From NCBI GenBank assembly GCA_951406725.2, contig OX597815.1, positions 49,042,001 to 49,106,000 of the forward strand: 64,000 bases of DNA, read 5' to 3'. A program made the position numbers and the translations under genes. Positions 14,131 through 28,022 of this stretch are shown piece after piece (positions within the stretch are counted from its first letter, which is position 1; each line of letters begins with the position of its first letter). The stretch comes from Octopus vulgaris. Its lineage: Eukaryota. Below the pieces are notes generated by a model. It was not told the DNA's origin. It saw only the letters and a program-made list of their open reading frames with translations, and searched no databases.

Positions 14131-15199
14131 TAGTAAATATACAAACAAAAGAAATTAACTAGCAACTAGATTATTCAGTCAATTTCTTTTGACCAAAATT
14201 TCTCACCTGTTAATGAGATATTCTGTACTGACTGCAATTGATAGTCTTCAATGTATTTCATCGTATATCAGCCGAGAGCATCGTGTTCAGTCAAAATTTC
14301 ATTGTAATTGATCTTCAGTTCAGTAAACAATATCCACTCAAGGCTATGCTCCAGCATGGCCTTGGCTTCAATGACTAAAACAAACCAAAGAAACACAGCT
14401 ACTACTGAATTAAGGCAATTATGGAGACTGTGAGTTAACTTAAACTTAACAGACTCAGAAAGTATTTACTTTTCTATGTAAATCTATTGCTGATTTCATT
14501 AAATCTGAATATCATTAATCCTATGATATAAACCAATTTAGCTGTATCTGCCTCTTCGTGTTGCCTACCAAAATCATTGTTCCTCTCACTTGGGGATATT
14601 ACAGCTTGTGGCATCGTTACAGAAAAAATCAAACGTCTGTATTACAAAGCGATATTGAATATTAACCAGAGTTCTGTGACATTAAACCATAACACAATTG
14701 ACGTGGACAAGACCTCTGCCGTATTATACTCTTCAACAGTCTTCAGGCATTTACACTTTTTGCTTATATTTTCGAAACCTCACTGGACATTGTTGCCTGT
14801 AGCTAATACTAAGGAAGAACTGAATTATTCTTAGACAGTCATTTTCTGATTTTGCCCAATGGATTTTTTCCCTGATTCAATAAATTAATTCTTGGTTGCA
14901 GAGATTCACCACGAATAATCAGAAAGTAACGAGATACTGATACTATGATTGTAGACTTGATATATTCGAAAATAAAAGAGCAGCATAGCATTCTTGGAAT
15001 TTTCCTTGATATCGTCCTGTTCTCTTTTTATTTATTTTCTAACAAAGTTATTTTCGTTGCAGAAACAAACCAGCTAAAAGCAGCGCTTGCCAGTTCGAAT
15101 CCTTTAGTCAGAGAATATCACATTTTACTTGTATAAAACAGAACTATAATATGAGTTTGGGTTATAATTATACAAGCATAGATACTCTCTGTCTCTCTC

Positions 15200-15470
<271 letters not shown>

Positions 15471-16326
15471 TTTTTCTCTCTCTCTCTCTCACACGCACTC
15501 ACATATATGTATATATTATTTGGCAAATGGCAACTATTATTTTAAGCCTCGTCTAATTTCGTTCGACCAGACTGTTACCGTTAATCAAAAACTTTATTTC
15601 AATTTTAGATGGTGACAGGACACCACTATTTCATTCGTTAAAGAAACAGTATATATAAACAGAAACACTAATCATTCACTCGCAGTTACAAGTTACTGAC
15701 AACAAAAGCAGATGCATATCTAATACCCTCTTATGAAAAAGAAATACTCAGCAATGCTATCCAATGATTTTTCCAATACGATGCTGTCCAATGGTGTGTC
15801 CACCACAATGTTGTCTACACTTCTGTGTAGCTAGAAGTAGCTTTTACATCAAACTAAGATACATAAGCCCACAACAAATAATATCTATCACAAAATAGAA
15901 ACATTATCTGGTATAACCGTCCTTGTAGCTTAAATGCATTCACAAATGTTTGCTATGGCTTACATTGCACTGGTTACTACATATTTACTTGCATCGGACA
16001 ACATCATAAAAAAGTGAAGGTTATTTATAGTTGTATAGATAACATAGGATTACAAACCTCGTGCAATACAAAATGAACACAACACAAAAAAAATTCAGAT
16101 ACATGACAATGTGTCATTTAGATGGAAAACGTCGAATACAACAAAAAGTTTAAAAAATCTAATGGTCACGGCGAACAGCTGTAGATGCAACACGTCTTTT
16201 CACAGCTCATCTCTGTGACATGCTGCTGAAAATGGTTCAAGCACAGATCACGCAACTGGTCGATGCGATCGACTAGCGCCCCTTCTCCAAAATTTCACGC
16301 CCTTGTGCCTATAGTAGATAGGATTA

Positions 16327-16419
<93 letters not shown>

Positions 16420-16435
16420 CATCATTATTATTAAT

Positions 16436-16632
16436 GCTGCGAGCGAGCAGAATCGTTAGCGCACCGGGCGAAATGCACTACTTTTCGTCCGTCTTTATAT
16501 TCAGAATTAAAATTCCGCCGAGTTCGACTTTGCATTTCATCCTTTGGGGGGTTATAAAATAAGTACACTGGTGTCGATGCAATCGACTTGCTCTTCCCAC
16601 CAATTTCAGACCTTGTACTTATAATAGAAAGG
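16436..16632 (+). mobile_element. SINE family A after an (ATT)n tract
   Basis: Head, B-box and core match. Confidence 0.8.
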
Positions 16633-17280
16633 ATTAATATTATTATTTCCATTCGAGATTTGGAGAAATACATCGAGTGCCATTTCTTACATCAAGAACA
16701 ATTAGATAAACCTGGAAAGCATGCATAAAAATATACAGTATCAACAACGCTTTGCGAAAATACCGTAACAAATTTTATAGACCCAAGTATTGTAATTTTC
16801 TGTGTTATGCGTATGTCTATCCTTATATCTATCAAAGTATTTACAGATTTAATCGTATACCATTCCAATTGTATCAATTATAAATCGGATGATTGATATA
16901 TTAATTAAATGTCATAACGTCATAATTTCAATAGATGATGTAAATAAATTCTTAGCCTTCGAATTCGCTATAGAAAACTATGATTTTTGCTATTGTTGTG
17001 AAAATGTTTAGTACAATATTGTTATTGTTATCGACGAGACTATTGTTAGGCCTATTAAATTATGTTTGACGATGTCTTTAAGCTCAAGCTTCGTAATGTC
17101 TTCCCATTGCCAATTTTCGAGACAGATGGAAGTACATATGAGTGCCACATATACATCTTTCTAAGGAGATTAAAATAGTCGGGCATGCGTATGGAGATTA
17201 ACATCACTACATCGTAGCGTCTTCGAGTATTATTCGTGGAAGCTGCTGTGAGACATTATCCTTATCGGACTGATGTTATT

Positions 17281-17720
17281 AAGGCAGCAAGCGGATAAAA
17301 TCGTTAACGAATCGGACAAAAGGCTCGACTGCATTTCTCCTGGCAGAATCATTACTGCTAGGAGTTCAAATTATGTGCTGAGCTCAAATTCTGCTGAGGT
17401 CCACTTTGCTTTCCATCCTTTCGAGGTCGATAAGATAATTACCAGTTGAGCAGTGGGGTCAATTTAATTGACCAGCCCCTTCCCACCAAAATTTCAGGCC
17501 TTATGCCTATCGTAGATAGGACTGCTATTAAGGCGGCGAGCTTGCAAAATCATTAGTAGGCCGAACAAAATGCTTAGCGGCATTTCGTCCGTCTTTATGT
17601 TCTTAGTTCAAATTCTGCCGAGGTCGACTTTGCCTTTTATCGTTTTAGGGCAAAAAAAAAAAAGATAAGTACACCCCGTCCCTCGGACTAGTTAAAATTG
17701 TGAAAAAATTTTAAACCATT
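17281..17720 (+). mobile_element. Tandem SINE family A copies
   Basis: AAGGCGGCGAGC head at ~17530; diverged copy upstream. Confidence 0.75.
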
Positions 17721-17900
17721 ATTATTATTATGGCCATTGTATTAGCAAAATCGTTGGTGTGTAAGGCAAAACGCCTTGCTTTTAGAGTTTCATCTATTTG
17801 CATTCTGAGTGTAAATCCTGCTAGGGTCTATAGAAAGTGGATTGTAGAATAAGAAGAGATATAAATGTAGATCTGTATTAATCTCCCACCATATGAACAG

Positions 17901-19654
17901 CTATGTATATAAAACTGAGAATGTGTGTCTGTCTGTCTGTCTGTCTGTTTCCCTAAAATTTGAGAACTACACAAACAATTTCATTCAAATTTTACACATG
18001 CCTTACTTAGGGTCCGGTGAGTATCATCGGCAAAATCTTTAAAAGCTTTTTGCCTAGGGCGAGCCTACAGCAATATCATATCTTCTCCACTACGATTCCC
18101 TAAAACTTGAGAACTACACAACCAATTTCATTCAAATTTTACACATGCCTTACTTAGGGTCCATGTAGTTTCATGGCCAAAAAAATGTTCAACTTCTTGC
18201 CTAGGGCGAGCCTATAGCAATATCATATCTTCTCCACTATTTCAGTATTACGTGTTAAAAGTGAAACAAAAACATTTCTCTATTTTATGTCAGATACTTT
18301 CACTTTAACAATAAAAATTAGAGATAATAATAACAACTGAATTATATGTAGTAAGTAATAAGTAATAATTAAAATCAAACTAAAGAATAATATAATAGTA
18401 ACATAACAAAAGTAAAAATAGCAATTGGTATAAAATTGCATCAATGACTTGAACTTGAATAAGTGGTTTCACATGAATGGGAATAAATTAAAAATAAAAT
18501 TAGTGTGCAGAAATGGAATAGTCCAGATGGAGTTGTGCACATACCGTTTACCACGGCTTTTACATTAGATTATCTGCTAATTAGCTAGCATTAAGTATCT
18601 ATATGAAGTTTGGGTGTATTTAATGTCTGTTTTCTCGAACACCCGCTTCTACTGAGTACTGCTGTTGGCTTATTTCTTATACATAAAGGACTATAGCTTC
18701 AACTGCGTACTGCTTTTTAGATTCACCGTAAGGTTTGTTGTTATTATTATTACTGTTTAACTATTGTTATCACGTTTGTTGGTTCCTCGTAAGGGAAACG
18801 TTGTTGTGTTGCATTTGTTAAATAATTGTAAACTGTAGCCCTCCCCCTTTGGGAGAAGGAGCTTTGGTTATTGTTTAAAAATTGAATTGTGTCCCTGTTT
18901 GGGGAAATTGACAAAATTTTCACAGTTTATACGGAAGCATTTTTGTTAGAATGCCTTCGATAGAAGAAAGTCCAAAAATGAATTTCGCTGCAGCCGTAGG
19001 CGGACGCGAACTCATTAAAATTAAAATGGAAGAAATACAAACCTATTTCGGGTTGATCACCGACAAAGACGGTGAATCTAGGTTAACACTACCAAACGAA
19101 ATAAAAAATTAAATTAAAGAAAAGACTATTGTCTATAAAGTATACAATGTAGAGAAAAAAAAGATTTGAACATCTGGAGAAAAGCACCATCGAAAAGTGT
19201 CTTGGTGCGACTATGAAAAATATCTAATCAGAAGCGGTAAACTCGCCACAATAGAAGCAAGGTTCGAGTCAACGGAGCGTGCAAGGGAGTACTCGACTCG
19301 AACCTTGCAAAGTGGAAATATCTTATTTTTACCTTTATATCTGATACGTAGGACGTCCCGGATAAAAATTAAAAATGTCCCCCCAGAAGTAGAGGTAGGC
19401 TGGATTGTAGCCACACTTCTATACAAGAGGGAGGACAAGATACAATTGATCGAAATTGCAAGAGACTGGCCTACAATTCCAGTCTGTTATATATTTTGAG
19501 TATTGTTATCACTAGCAATATCAAGATATAACTTTGTATTTTGTATTTTATGTGTAGATGTATATATATAGATGTACATGTAATATGTACATATATATAC
19601 GCATATATACATGCACTAGCACTATGAACCGGCAACGACGGGTCATAATGCTAG
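17901..19654 (+). mobile_element. Non-autonomous Helitron-like element
   Basis: 5' CTATGTATATAAAA...(GTCT)n; 3' hairpin ATGAACCGGCAACGACGGGTCAT followed by CTAG then T; internal ~145-bp tandem duplication 17949-18093/18096-18240. The canonical 5' TC is not intact. Confidence 0.6.
18951..19470 (+). pseudogene. LINE ORF1 (L1/Tx1-like) N-terminal fragment, with a stop and a frameshift
   Basis: MPSIEESPKMNFAAAVGG...IKN*IKEKTIVYKVYN...(fs)YLIRSGKLATIEARF...TSRIKIKNVPPEV; the FAAAV and KIKNVPPE segments resemble RRM-type ORF1 proteins. Confidence 0.5.
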
Positions 19655-19775
19655 TTTTAAATAAATTTAGAAAACATTAATTGAAACGTTTAGATAATAT
19701 AATTTTAAAACTACCATCAGAACGATCATAAATTTAGTAACTTTTAAGAAACCATTCAAATTTTAAGGATTACTG

Positions 19776-20103
19776 CAGTGGTTCTCAACAGGGACCCATA
19801 TGGCCCCTATGGGTCCAAATAAGATTTTTGGAGGTCCATGCACCAAAATAGTATTTTAAGGACCCCTGAAAAAAATTTGCTTTATATGTATGCATTGGTA
19901 TGTATTGCAAAAAGCAACTAAGTTTCTTTCTGTAACATTTTACGTAGTTCAACCTATGCAAGTTAATGCGTGAAAAACAAAATATGGATTTTAGAAGAAG
20001 TTTCTATAAAACTAGTTTTCAAATATCGAATGGCTATAGGGGTCCACCAGAATAAGATAATAATGAAAGAGGTTCATAGATAAGAAATGGTTGAGAAACC
20101 CTG
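19776..20103. mobile_element. hAT (Charlie-like) MITE
   Basis: TIRs CAGTGGTTCTCAAC / GTTGAGAAACCCTG; homologous to 40644-40972. Confidence 0.8.
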
Positions 20104-20261
20104 GAATAGTAAATATGCTTAGGGAAAGGATAACGTAGAACTAAATTACACGAACTTACATTTCAACCACTACCTTACAGTTATAAAAAACCTGGTCTAA
20201 ACAATTTACTCTAACTTCTTACATGTTCTCTGTTATGGTATACTTCAATTGCGCTGCATAT

Positions 20262-21530
20262 AACAAAATGATGTAAATACAAGATGATGTACCACAGTGG
20301 CTTAACCCGCTAACTCCAACTGAATTATAACTTTGAGACACCTCAAAGCTTGATATTTGGGTTTGAATTGTAGTCAGTAAGAAAAATGGAAATGACAAAC
20401 CGAGAATTGCGACAGAGAAACCTCATCTTTGAATAAACGAATATGCGCTAAAAAAGCGGGTTCAAATGCAATACATACAAAATTGTAATACCACTAAGAC
20501 CAACATAACAATGTTGAATAACATACATACGTATATGCACGGGGAGAATAAATGTAACGTTCAGTAAAACTAGAAATATACTAACACTGATAATAAAAAT
20601 ATTTTCCTCAATAACTACAACTGTCATAGGCCCATCATGTTAAATAATAGAAAAGTTAGTTAGAACTACACCTTATCAAGAAAGAATTGAAACAATCACA
20701 CACTAATAACTAACTAACTCTTCTTTCTTGATGAAATTAGAGCAACGCCATGTTGTTTCAACCGAATTTCCTTAAAAGTGGCTCAAGCGTATTAAGTCCA
20801 TGTACCTTCGATAGTTGGCAACGAAGAGAATTACATTAGTTTTACCGAAAGAATGTCCAAGAGAATACATACTAAACAAGTCCTTTCCCTTTACTGTTCT
20901 AACTGGTGTTTGAAGGATAATGGATTCAACTACACCATCATATCTTTGTCATCTAAGGAACTGCTCTTCTTATACGAACGGATAAAGAACGTTTCTGTTT
21001 TGCCTGGAAGAATAATATGACGTACTGTGCAACAATACGAGATTCTAATGAAAATAAAATTAGAGTTTGCACATAGATGTAGGCAAGAAAATCATGAACT
21101 TTTTAGCAATTTCCAGCGACGGCGAATGGGACATCAACGGACAAACTGGAAATGAAGCAGCATGATACTGACAGCGTCTATATAATAGTATTCTCTAATT
21201 AACTCATAATAACAAATTGATTACTTTCATCGGAAAGTATGATATTAGTAGCCTTTATATAGTAGAGAAGTAGCGATCTCTGATTAGTTGTCAAACAGAT
21301 CAATTATGATCTAGCTGTATTCATGAGTTAGAATAATATGTATTGACACAACAAAGATGATGTAAATATTTTGCTGTACCACAATAGCTTAACCCGCTAA
21401 CCCCAACTTAATTATAACTTTGAGACGCCCCAAAGCCTGAAATTCGGGTTTGAACTGCAGTCAGTGAGAAACATGGAAATGAGAAATTGAGAATTGCGAC
21501 AGAGAAGCCTCATCTATGAATAAACGAATA
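20262..21530. repeat. Pair of ~180-bp diverged direct repeats (20262-20441 and 21349-21530)
   Basis: Shared GCTTAACCCGCTAAC...ATTATAACTTTGAGAC...GAGAATTGCGACAGAGAA...GAATAAACGAATA. Confidence 0.85.
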
Positions 21531-22979
21531 CTTCACAGATATATATATAGAGAAGAGGGGGGAGTGAGAAGGAAGCGAAAACCAAAAGGAAAAAGAGGTG
21601 CAGAAATGCGCGTGTGCGAGCGCACACACACATATAGGGGATAGTGAGAAACAGACAGACAGATAAAAAGGTGAGTTAGAAGAGAGAGAGAGACACAGAG
21701 ACACACACACACACACACACAGAGAAAGGCAATTTCAAGAATAGCATCAAAACTTGAAAGTCCATTTACAAAGAATGTGAATACAATATATCTTCCACAT
21801 GATGTATTGGTTCCATTTTTATGCTAGAATTACAAAGAAAACTATTTTTTTTGTCGATGTCAGGAAGAATTCTACAACCATTAGCAAAGCCAAGTTATAT
21901 CCAAAAACATACAAGACATTCTTAATCTTAAGCTAGAAACAGAAAAACTATGGTGATTTATTTATTTATAAATTTTTACCAAAGTTGTGTAAGTCAGATA
22001 ATTGAAAACGAAAGCCTTTCTGAAATCTTTTTTTCCTTTCTTTTCGGACTTTTCCTTTCATTCAGTACCAGTGTGTGTTATTGTTGTACTGCACGTTTAA
22101 TATCCCATCCCCAACGCCACATCGTCATTTTCATGCTCTCGTTTATGTGGGATCCATGTTAGACGTTTTGGTTTCATAAACGTTGTGATTGCTGTTATCT
22201 ATTCAAAGGTCGGAGATGATTGAAAGTATCTATGGATTACACTGTGTAACAAAAGTTTTGTTTTATTTTTGTCTTTGGTCAGTAAGTATTATTTCCTATT
22301 TGCCTCTATCTAGAAATCGAAGGACATGACTACTATTCCCTTCAAACTTTGGTTTTGTGACTTGGACATCAATGTTTTGATCTATTTTCTTACCTATTTT
22401 CCATTACATTTCAGACAGGTTCAGCACTGAGTTGCTGAAGCAGAAATATCGTTATAGTAAATATTCTGCCCAATTTGCTTGTCAGTTGCTTGACCATAAC
22501 CACTTGAGTAGGAGTAGTGGGAGAGCATCATAGCCATGTGTTGAGAGGGATTCTTTGGAGTTTGAATAAATGTAACAAAAGCAATGCTGTAGGGAAATGT
22601 TAACCATTTTCCATACTTTCTAGGGGGAAGTAAATAGGAAATAAAGGTTGCTAATCAAGGACAAAAATTGTGTAACATAATGTTTTAGATGTTCCAGTTA
22701 AGACCCGTCTTTCATTCTTTTGGGGTCTTTGAAGTACCAGTCAAGTACTGGGATCAATATATTCTATTAAAACCCACTCCCTAAAGCTACTGTCCTTGTA
22801 CCAAAATTTGAAACCATGATTATTATTATTATGTTATGCGTTGGTTTTGCTTTAATTTATACGAGTTGTATCCAGTCCTCAATCATAGACGTCAAGAAAC
22901 AGCAAAGATGTTAACAGTTGAGGTGTCATGCAACTGAAAACACTGATGTCTGTAGGAGGTAAAATACAGAGTGGGTAAG

Positions 22980-23665
22980 GTTGCATTAACACGGAGAGGA
23001 ATTTATGCAGAATATGTGAAGTACTCGTAAGTATGATCTGTAATTCGCTTATTTTGGGGCTGCTAGAGAGTTGGTTTACAAACTTGTTTGCTTCTTGTGA
23101 TATCTCATCAAGTGCCCCAATAATAATAGGTAATGTTGTTGCTTTGAGATGCCACATTCTTCCGATTTCAATCTCCAGTTTTTCAAACGTTTTCAGAGAT
23201 GTGCTTTTGTCGGCTACGGCTGTAACATCAATCAGAAGACAAGTCTTTAAGGCGGCGAGCTGGCAGAATCCTTAGCACGCTGGGCGAAATGCTTAGCGGT
23301 ATTTCATCTGCCGTTACGTTCTGAGTTCAAATTCCGCCGAGGTTGACTTTACCTTTCATCCTTTCGGGGTCGATAGATTAAGTACCAGTTACCCACTGGG
23401 GTCGATATAATCGACTTCATCCGTTTGTCTTTCCTTGATTGTCCTCTCTGTGTTTAACCCCTTGTGGGTAGTAAAGAAACAGGTATTTCGTCTGCTGCTA
23501 CGTTCTGAGTTCAAATTCCACCGAGATCTTCAATGAGAGTTGAAATTGTATTAATCCCGGACTGCCTTCTTTTTTCAGGGGTATATTCGGTCTGTGTTTG
23601 CTTTTGGGTGATGAATACAATGCATTCTCATCAGTTTTCGTATTTTTACATCAAATTTGTTGATG
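22980..23665 (-). pseudogene. R4/Dong-like non-LTR retrotransposon 3' fragment (RT C-terminal region and restriction-like endonuclease), interrupted by a SINE
   Basis: DVKIRKLMRMHCIHHPKANTDRIYP*KKEG (cf. HPKADVDRLY..RKEGG), then CLLIDV...EIGRMWHLKATTLPIIIGAL...TSHILHK. Confidence 0.75.
23250..23527 (+). mobile_element. Young SINE family A with a partial second body unit
   Basis: Intact head GGCGGCGAGCTGGCAGAATC, B-box GAGTTCAAATTCC and tail; flanks TCTTTAA/TCTTCAA resemble a TSD. Confidence 0.9.
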
Positions 23666-24140
23666 GGAGATAAAATTAAAAAAGGAAAACTGAAATAAAT
23701 AAATAAATAAAAAATTCTCGCCGTCTTACAAAATACTTTAGATAATGTAGTTCTAGTTAAACTATCTGAAAGAAAAGTTAGAATGGTCACAACCAAACGT
23801 CTGAGTAAAGTGTTTTTTTTTTAAAGGAAGATGATCGAGTTGTGAAGAAGATTACAGAGCAATGACGAGGCATTTTAGGTAAATATCTTACCATAGCATC
23901 GTGTTGGCTCAAGACCTGTGAGTAGAATTGGGGAGACGAAAGCTGTGTGGCTGCCTGGATTTATTTATGAATTAAAATGTCTAACCGCGATATACACTGT
24001 ATCATGCTAAGTGAGCCATAAAATTACTTTGTTTTAAGATACACGTGTCAGTGAAATATCAACCAGTTAAAATGTTTGTTAATTTAAAGAGTAGATAGTT
24101 CAGTTGACCGAAGAAATAAATGAATGTTCTTCGTCTAAAT

Positions 24141-24397
24141 TAGGGGTTCTCAACCTGGATCTCTATGGCCCTTGGTGGCCCATATAAGATTTCGTTGTTA
24201 AAATTTATGTGCAATAAAATTGGTCTTTTTTTCTAAAATGCATAAAATATTTAAGCATTTTTGTTATACAGTTCCTAATAATATTCAATCATAAAAATAT
24301 AACTGTTTTTAGACAGCGAATGACTATGAAGGTCCCCGGCCTTGAGTAAGATAGGAATTAAAGGGGTCCATAAGCAAAAAATATTTGAGAACCACTG
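24141..24397. mobile_element. hAT MITE with 8-bp TSD
   Basis: TIRs TAGGGGTTCTCAAC / TTTGAGAACCACTG; flanks GTCTAAAT and GGCTAAAT. Confidence 0.8.
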
Positions 24398-24462
24398 GGC
24401 TAAATTGACAGAAGATCCATGACGTTTGTTTGATCTCGCTTGATCGGAGAATCAAAAGATCA

Positions 24463-24693
24463 AAGGTTTCTCCCGAACCATAGGTTCGTAAGGCCGGTTT
24501 GCCGGATTCTGTGGCGTTATATGTTTCTCTGGACGGGATAACAGTCATTGGTATGATTACTCATTTTTGCAATTTTAGAGGAATGGACAAATACGAAAGA
24601 TGTTTTGCTCAAGAACATAACACATCACCCTTCCAGGAATCGAATCCATAATCTAACGATCATGAGTTCAACACCCTAAATACTAAGCCACGC
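24463..24693 (-). mobile_element. tRNA-derived SINE (family-B-like head, different tail)
   Basis: CGCGTGGCTTAGTATTTAGGGTGTTG head, GATTCGATTCC B-box, TTCTTGAGCAAAACA core. Confidence 0.65.
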
Positions 24694-24787
24694 GACTCCA
24701 CTGATCCGAGACTAAACATTAATTTAAAAAATCATCGTCATCTGCTGTCACCACTACTACCTACTACATCACCACAACATCTAGCAT

Positions 24788-24839
<52 letters not shown>

Positions 24840-25059
24840 GACACCACCACCATTCAATCTTCCTATGAGTAACACTAGCCGTACTCCTCTTACTCTCTTT
24901 AATGATCCCCGTACCACCGCCATTTTAACCTACTCCACATAATTCTATCTAAATATACACTGACGAAAAACAAACAATTAAGTATGCATAAATATAAAAA
25001 AGAAGCATTAAAACAATTAAGTATGCATAAATATAAAAAAGAAGCATTAAAACAGTAAG

Positions 25060-25078
25060 TATAATAATAATGATAATA

Positions 25079-25155
<77 letters not shown>

Positions 25156-25206
25156 TCAATAATAAAGAAGAAGAAGAAGAAGAAGAAGAAGAAGAAGAAG
25201 AAGAAA
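25060..25206. repeat. (AAT)n and (GAA)n microsatellites
   Basis: Direct reading. Confidence 0.95.
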
Positions 25207-26499
25207 GCACAAAAATACGGAACTGTTGCCCTCGAGCAAAAGTTATTTTGCTTCTGAAAACTGTTTATAGTCCGCAAACAAGTTAAGCAAAAAGCGGTGA
25301 GTTTCCCTTTCGGCATAGATCTTTTGTAATGATACAAGCATGGGCTGACAGTCAGCCATCTTTTGTAGACAAACCATCAACCTAGCCAGCCAATCAACCA
25401 TCCGCACAACCAACGAAACAATTCAAAAAACAAACTTTATTCAGCTGTTCACTTTTACAATTCCACATCCTACTTTTATTATGCCCATCATTGTGTTAAG
25501 TTCCCAACACACTTATATGCAATGCGCTGAAAAATCGGCTTTGCCCCTTGAAAATCATATTAAACGTTGAGTGTTTGCAAGAAATCGTATTTGTATTATG
25601 AGAATATATACATTTTGTAATATTTCTCAGACTAATTGTGGCAAGAGTTGCCACAGGGCAAAAAGCTAAGATTCTAGCCAACATGTTCTGCGTATCAGTT
25701 ACAATCCCAAGCCGAACCCATTCTATTTCATTTAAATATCAAATGGTTTTAGGAAAAGCCTAGATGTCACAATTACTCCGCTTGCCTTCTTCAGGCATTC
25801 AAGAAGTTAGTACACGGTTTTATATGCCATAGAGTATAGAAAATAATTTATTCTTTCGTTGTGTCACATTTAAATTTATATATATTTGTACGAAATGCTT
25901 AGAGCAAATAGTTTGTTCGTTTAAATTATAATCAAAGCCGGTGGCTTGTTTAGGCTCAAAAGTCCGAGAACTTTTGATTGACGTGATACAATATGTCGAA
26001 ACACCGGAGTTCCAGAAACCTTTGCGCCAAGAAACCTAGTATGTTATGAACAGACTGTCATCGTAAAAAGGAGAAGCTATTGTCCTGTGGCATACACAAC
26101 AGCGTCTCGCATATTTGCGTTGAATTTGCCGGGACGTATTAACAACAAATATACAAATCTTCGTTTAATTAAAGTGCTGTACAAGTATCTTTGATAGTAA
26201 TGGGAAACAATTATATTTCACGGTATAGATTGGAATTACTGAAATTCCTTAATTAAAGTAACGCTATTTTTGAAAATTTAGTATACAGTTTCAGATATCA
26301 TAGTAAATAGAAAGCAGAAAGCTATTTCACATTTAAGTTTGCTTTTACGTGTAAAACGTTCAGTAGTTTTGGTGAAACATTGTGTGAAATTACTTCACTT
26401 TGTGTAAGGCCGCAACAATGTAAGATGAAATATAAAGTAAACTGTAAAAAGAAAAGAAACGAAACGAAAGTTGTAGTTTTACCTTATGTTTCTATATTT

Positions 26500-26905
26500 A
26501 TTTCTTTATTGCCCACAAGGGGCTAAACACAGACGGGACAAACAAGGACAGACAAACGGATTAAGTCGATTATATCGACCTCAATGCGTAACTGGTAATT
26601 TATCGGCCCCGAAAGGATGAAAGGCAAAGTTGACCTCGGCGGAATTTGAACTCAGAACATAACGGCAGACGAAATACTTATTTCTTTACTACCCACAAGG
26701 GGCTAAACACAGACGGGACAAACAAGGACAGACAAACGGATTAAGTCTATTATATCGACCTCAGTGCGCAACTGGTACTTAATTTATCGGCCCCGAAAGG
26801 ATGAAAGGCAAAGTCGACCTCAGCGGAATTTGAACTCAGAACGTAAGGGCAGGCGAAATACCGCTAAGCATTTCGCCCGGCGTGCTAACGATTCTGCTAG
26901 CATGC
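26500..26905 (-). mobile_element. SINE family A dimer (one head, two bodies) with a 28-bp TSD
   Basis: TGTAGTTTTACCTTATGTTTCTATATTT identical at 26472-26499 and 26906-26933. Confidence 0.92.
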
Positions 26906-27807
26906 TGTAGTTTTACCTTATGTTTCTATATTTCAATGACTCGTTTTTCAGGACACGTGGAAAAGCGACGGATGGAAAGGTCTTAGTGTTTGGTTTCAGC
27001 AAAACACTTCATAACAACCACCCTCCAAAACTACCACTATCACCACTCTATTACTACCATCGTAACAACAACAACAACGCCGCCACCACGCCTTTGCTAC
27101 GTGGTATTGGTCCAACCAGAATAATTTCTAAACAAAGTATGACGCTAATCTATCTTTTTCTTTCCTGCCTGACGATGGCAGGTAAACGTGAGAATAACCC
27201 TAAGTTTTCACCTTTCAACTTTGTTAGTCAAAGAATTCAGCTAATCCAGCAATTGCCAACGTTTCCAATAGCATCAAAGATGAGTTCGGGAACTTACTAA
27301 CAATAGCAGTTAAATCTCCCTCAACCAACAGTTTACTGTCTTAAAAATATAAGACATTTATGAAAATATGGTGCTGTGTGTGATAGTGGATCTTTGTCTT
27401 TCAGTGACGAGGATTCAGGTTTCCATAACTTGAATTATCTGCTCTTGAATTAACGCGTAAGTGGCTGACCAGTTCACATACACGTGTGCCCATTTACTTC
27501 TCAAGTAAAATCAGCGCAATCCAGTATGTAAAAAGTCTGTGCCATTTTTGAATTATAGGAACAGTCTCCTCGACTGGCTTCTGTACAATTCCCGTCTGTC
27601 CAAGTTCACTCTCAAGACACTGATCAATCCGAGGTTATAGAAAATGACATTTACTGAGATGCCATGTGGTAAGATCGAACCCAATATTTCGTCGTTGTGA
27701 AGTGAAATTTTCAGCCATTCAGTCATACGGTGCCTGTGTGTGAAGTATTAAAAAGATAGAACTGACATGACTGAAATGCTTTTTAATCAGATTTGGATAA
27801 CAATGGC

Positions 27808-28022
27808 TTCAAATTTTGGCTAAGGGCCAGCAGATTTTTGGGGGAAAAGGAAACCAATTATATTGATTCCAGCATTTGATTGGTGCTTATTCTATCGGCG
27901 TCGAAAGAGTGAAAGGCAAAATGGACCTTGGTAAAATTTGAACTCAGAATATAAAGACTGACGAAACGCCGCTAAGCAACTTTTCCGGTGGCATGTTAAC
28001 GATTCTGCCAGCTCACAGCCTT
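27808..28022 (-). mobile_element. SINE family A
   Basis: Family match. Confidence 0.8.
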
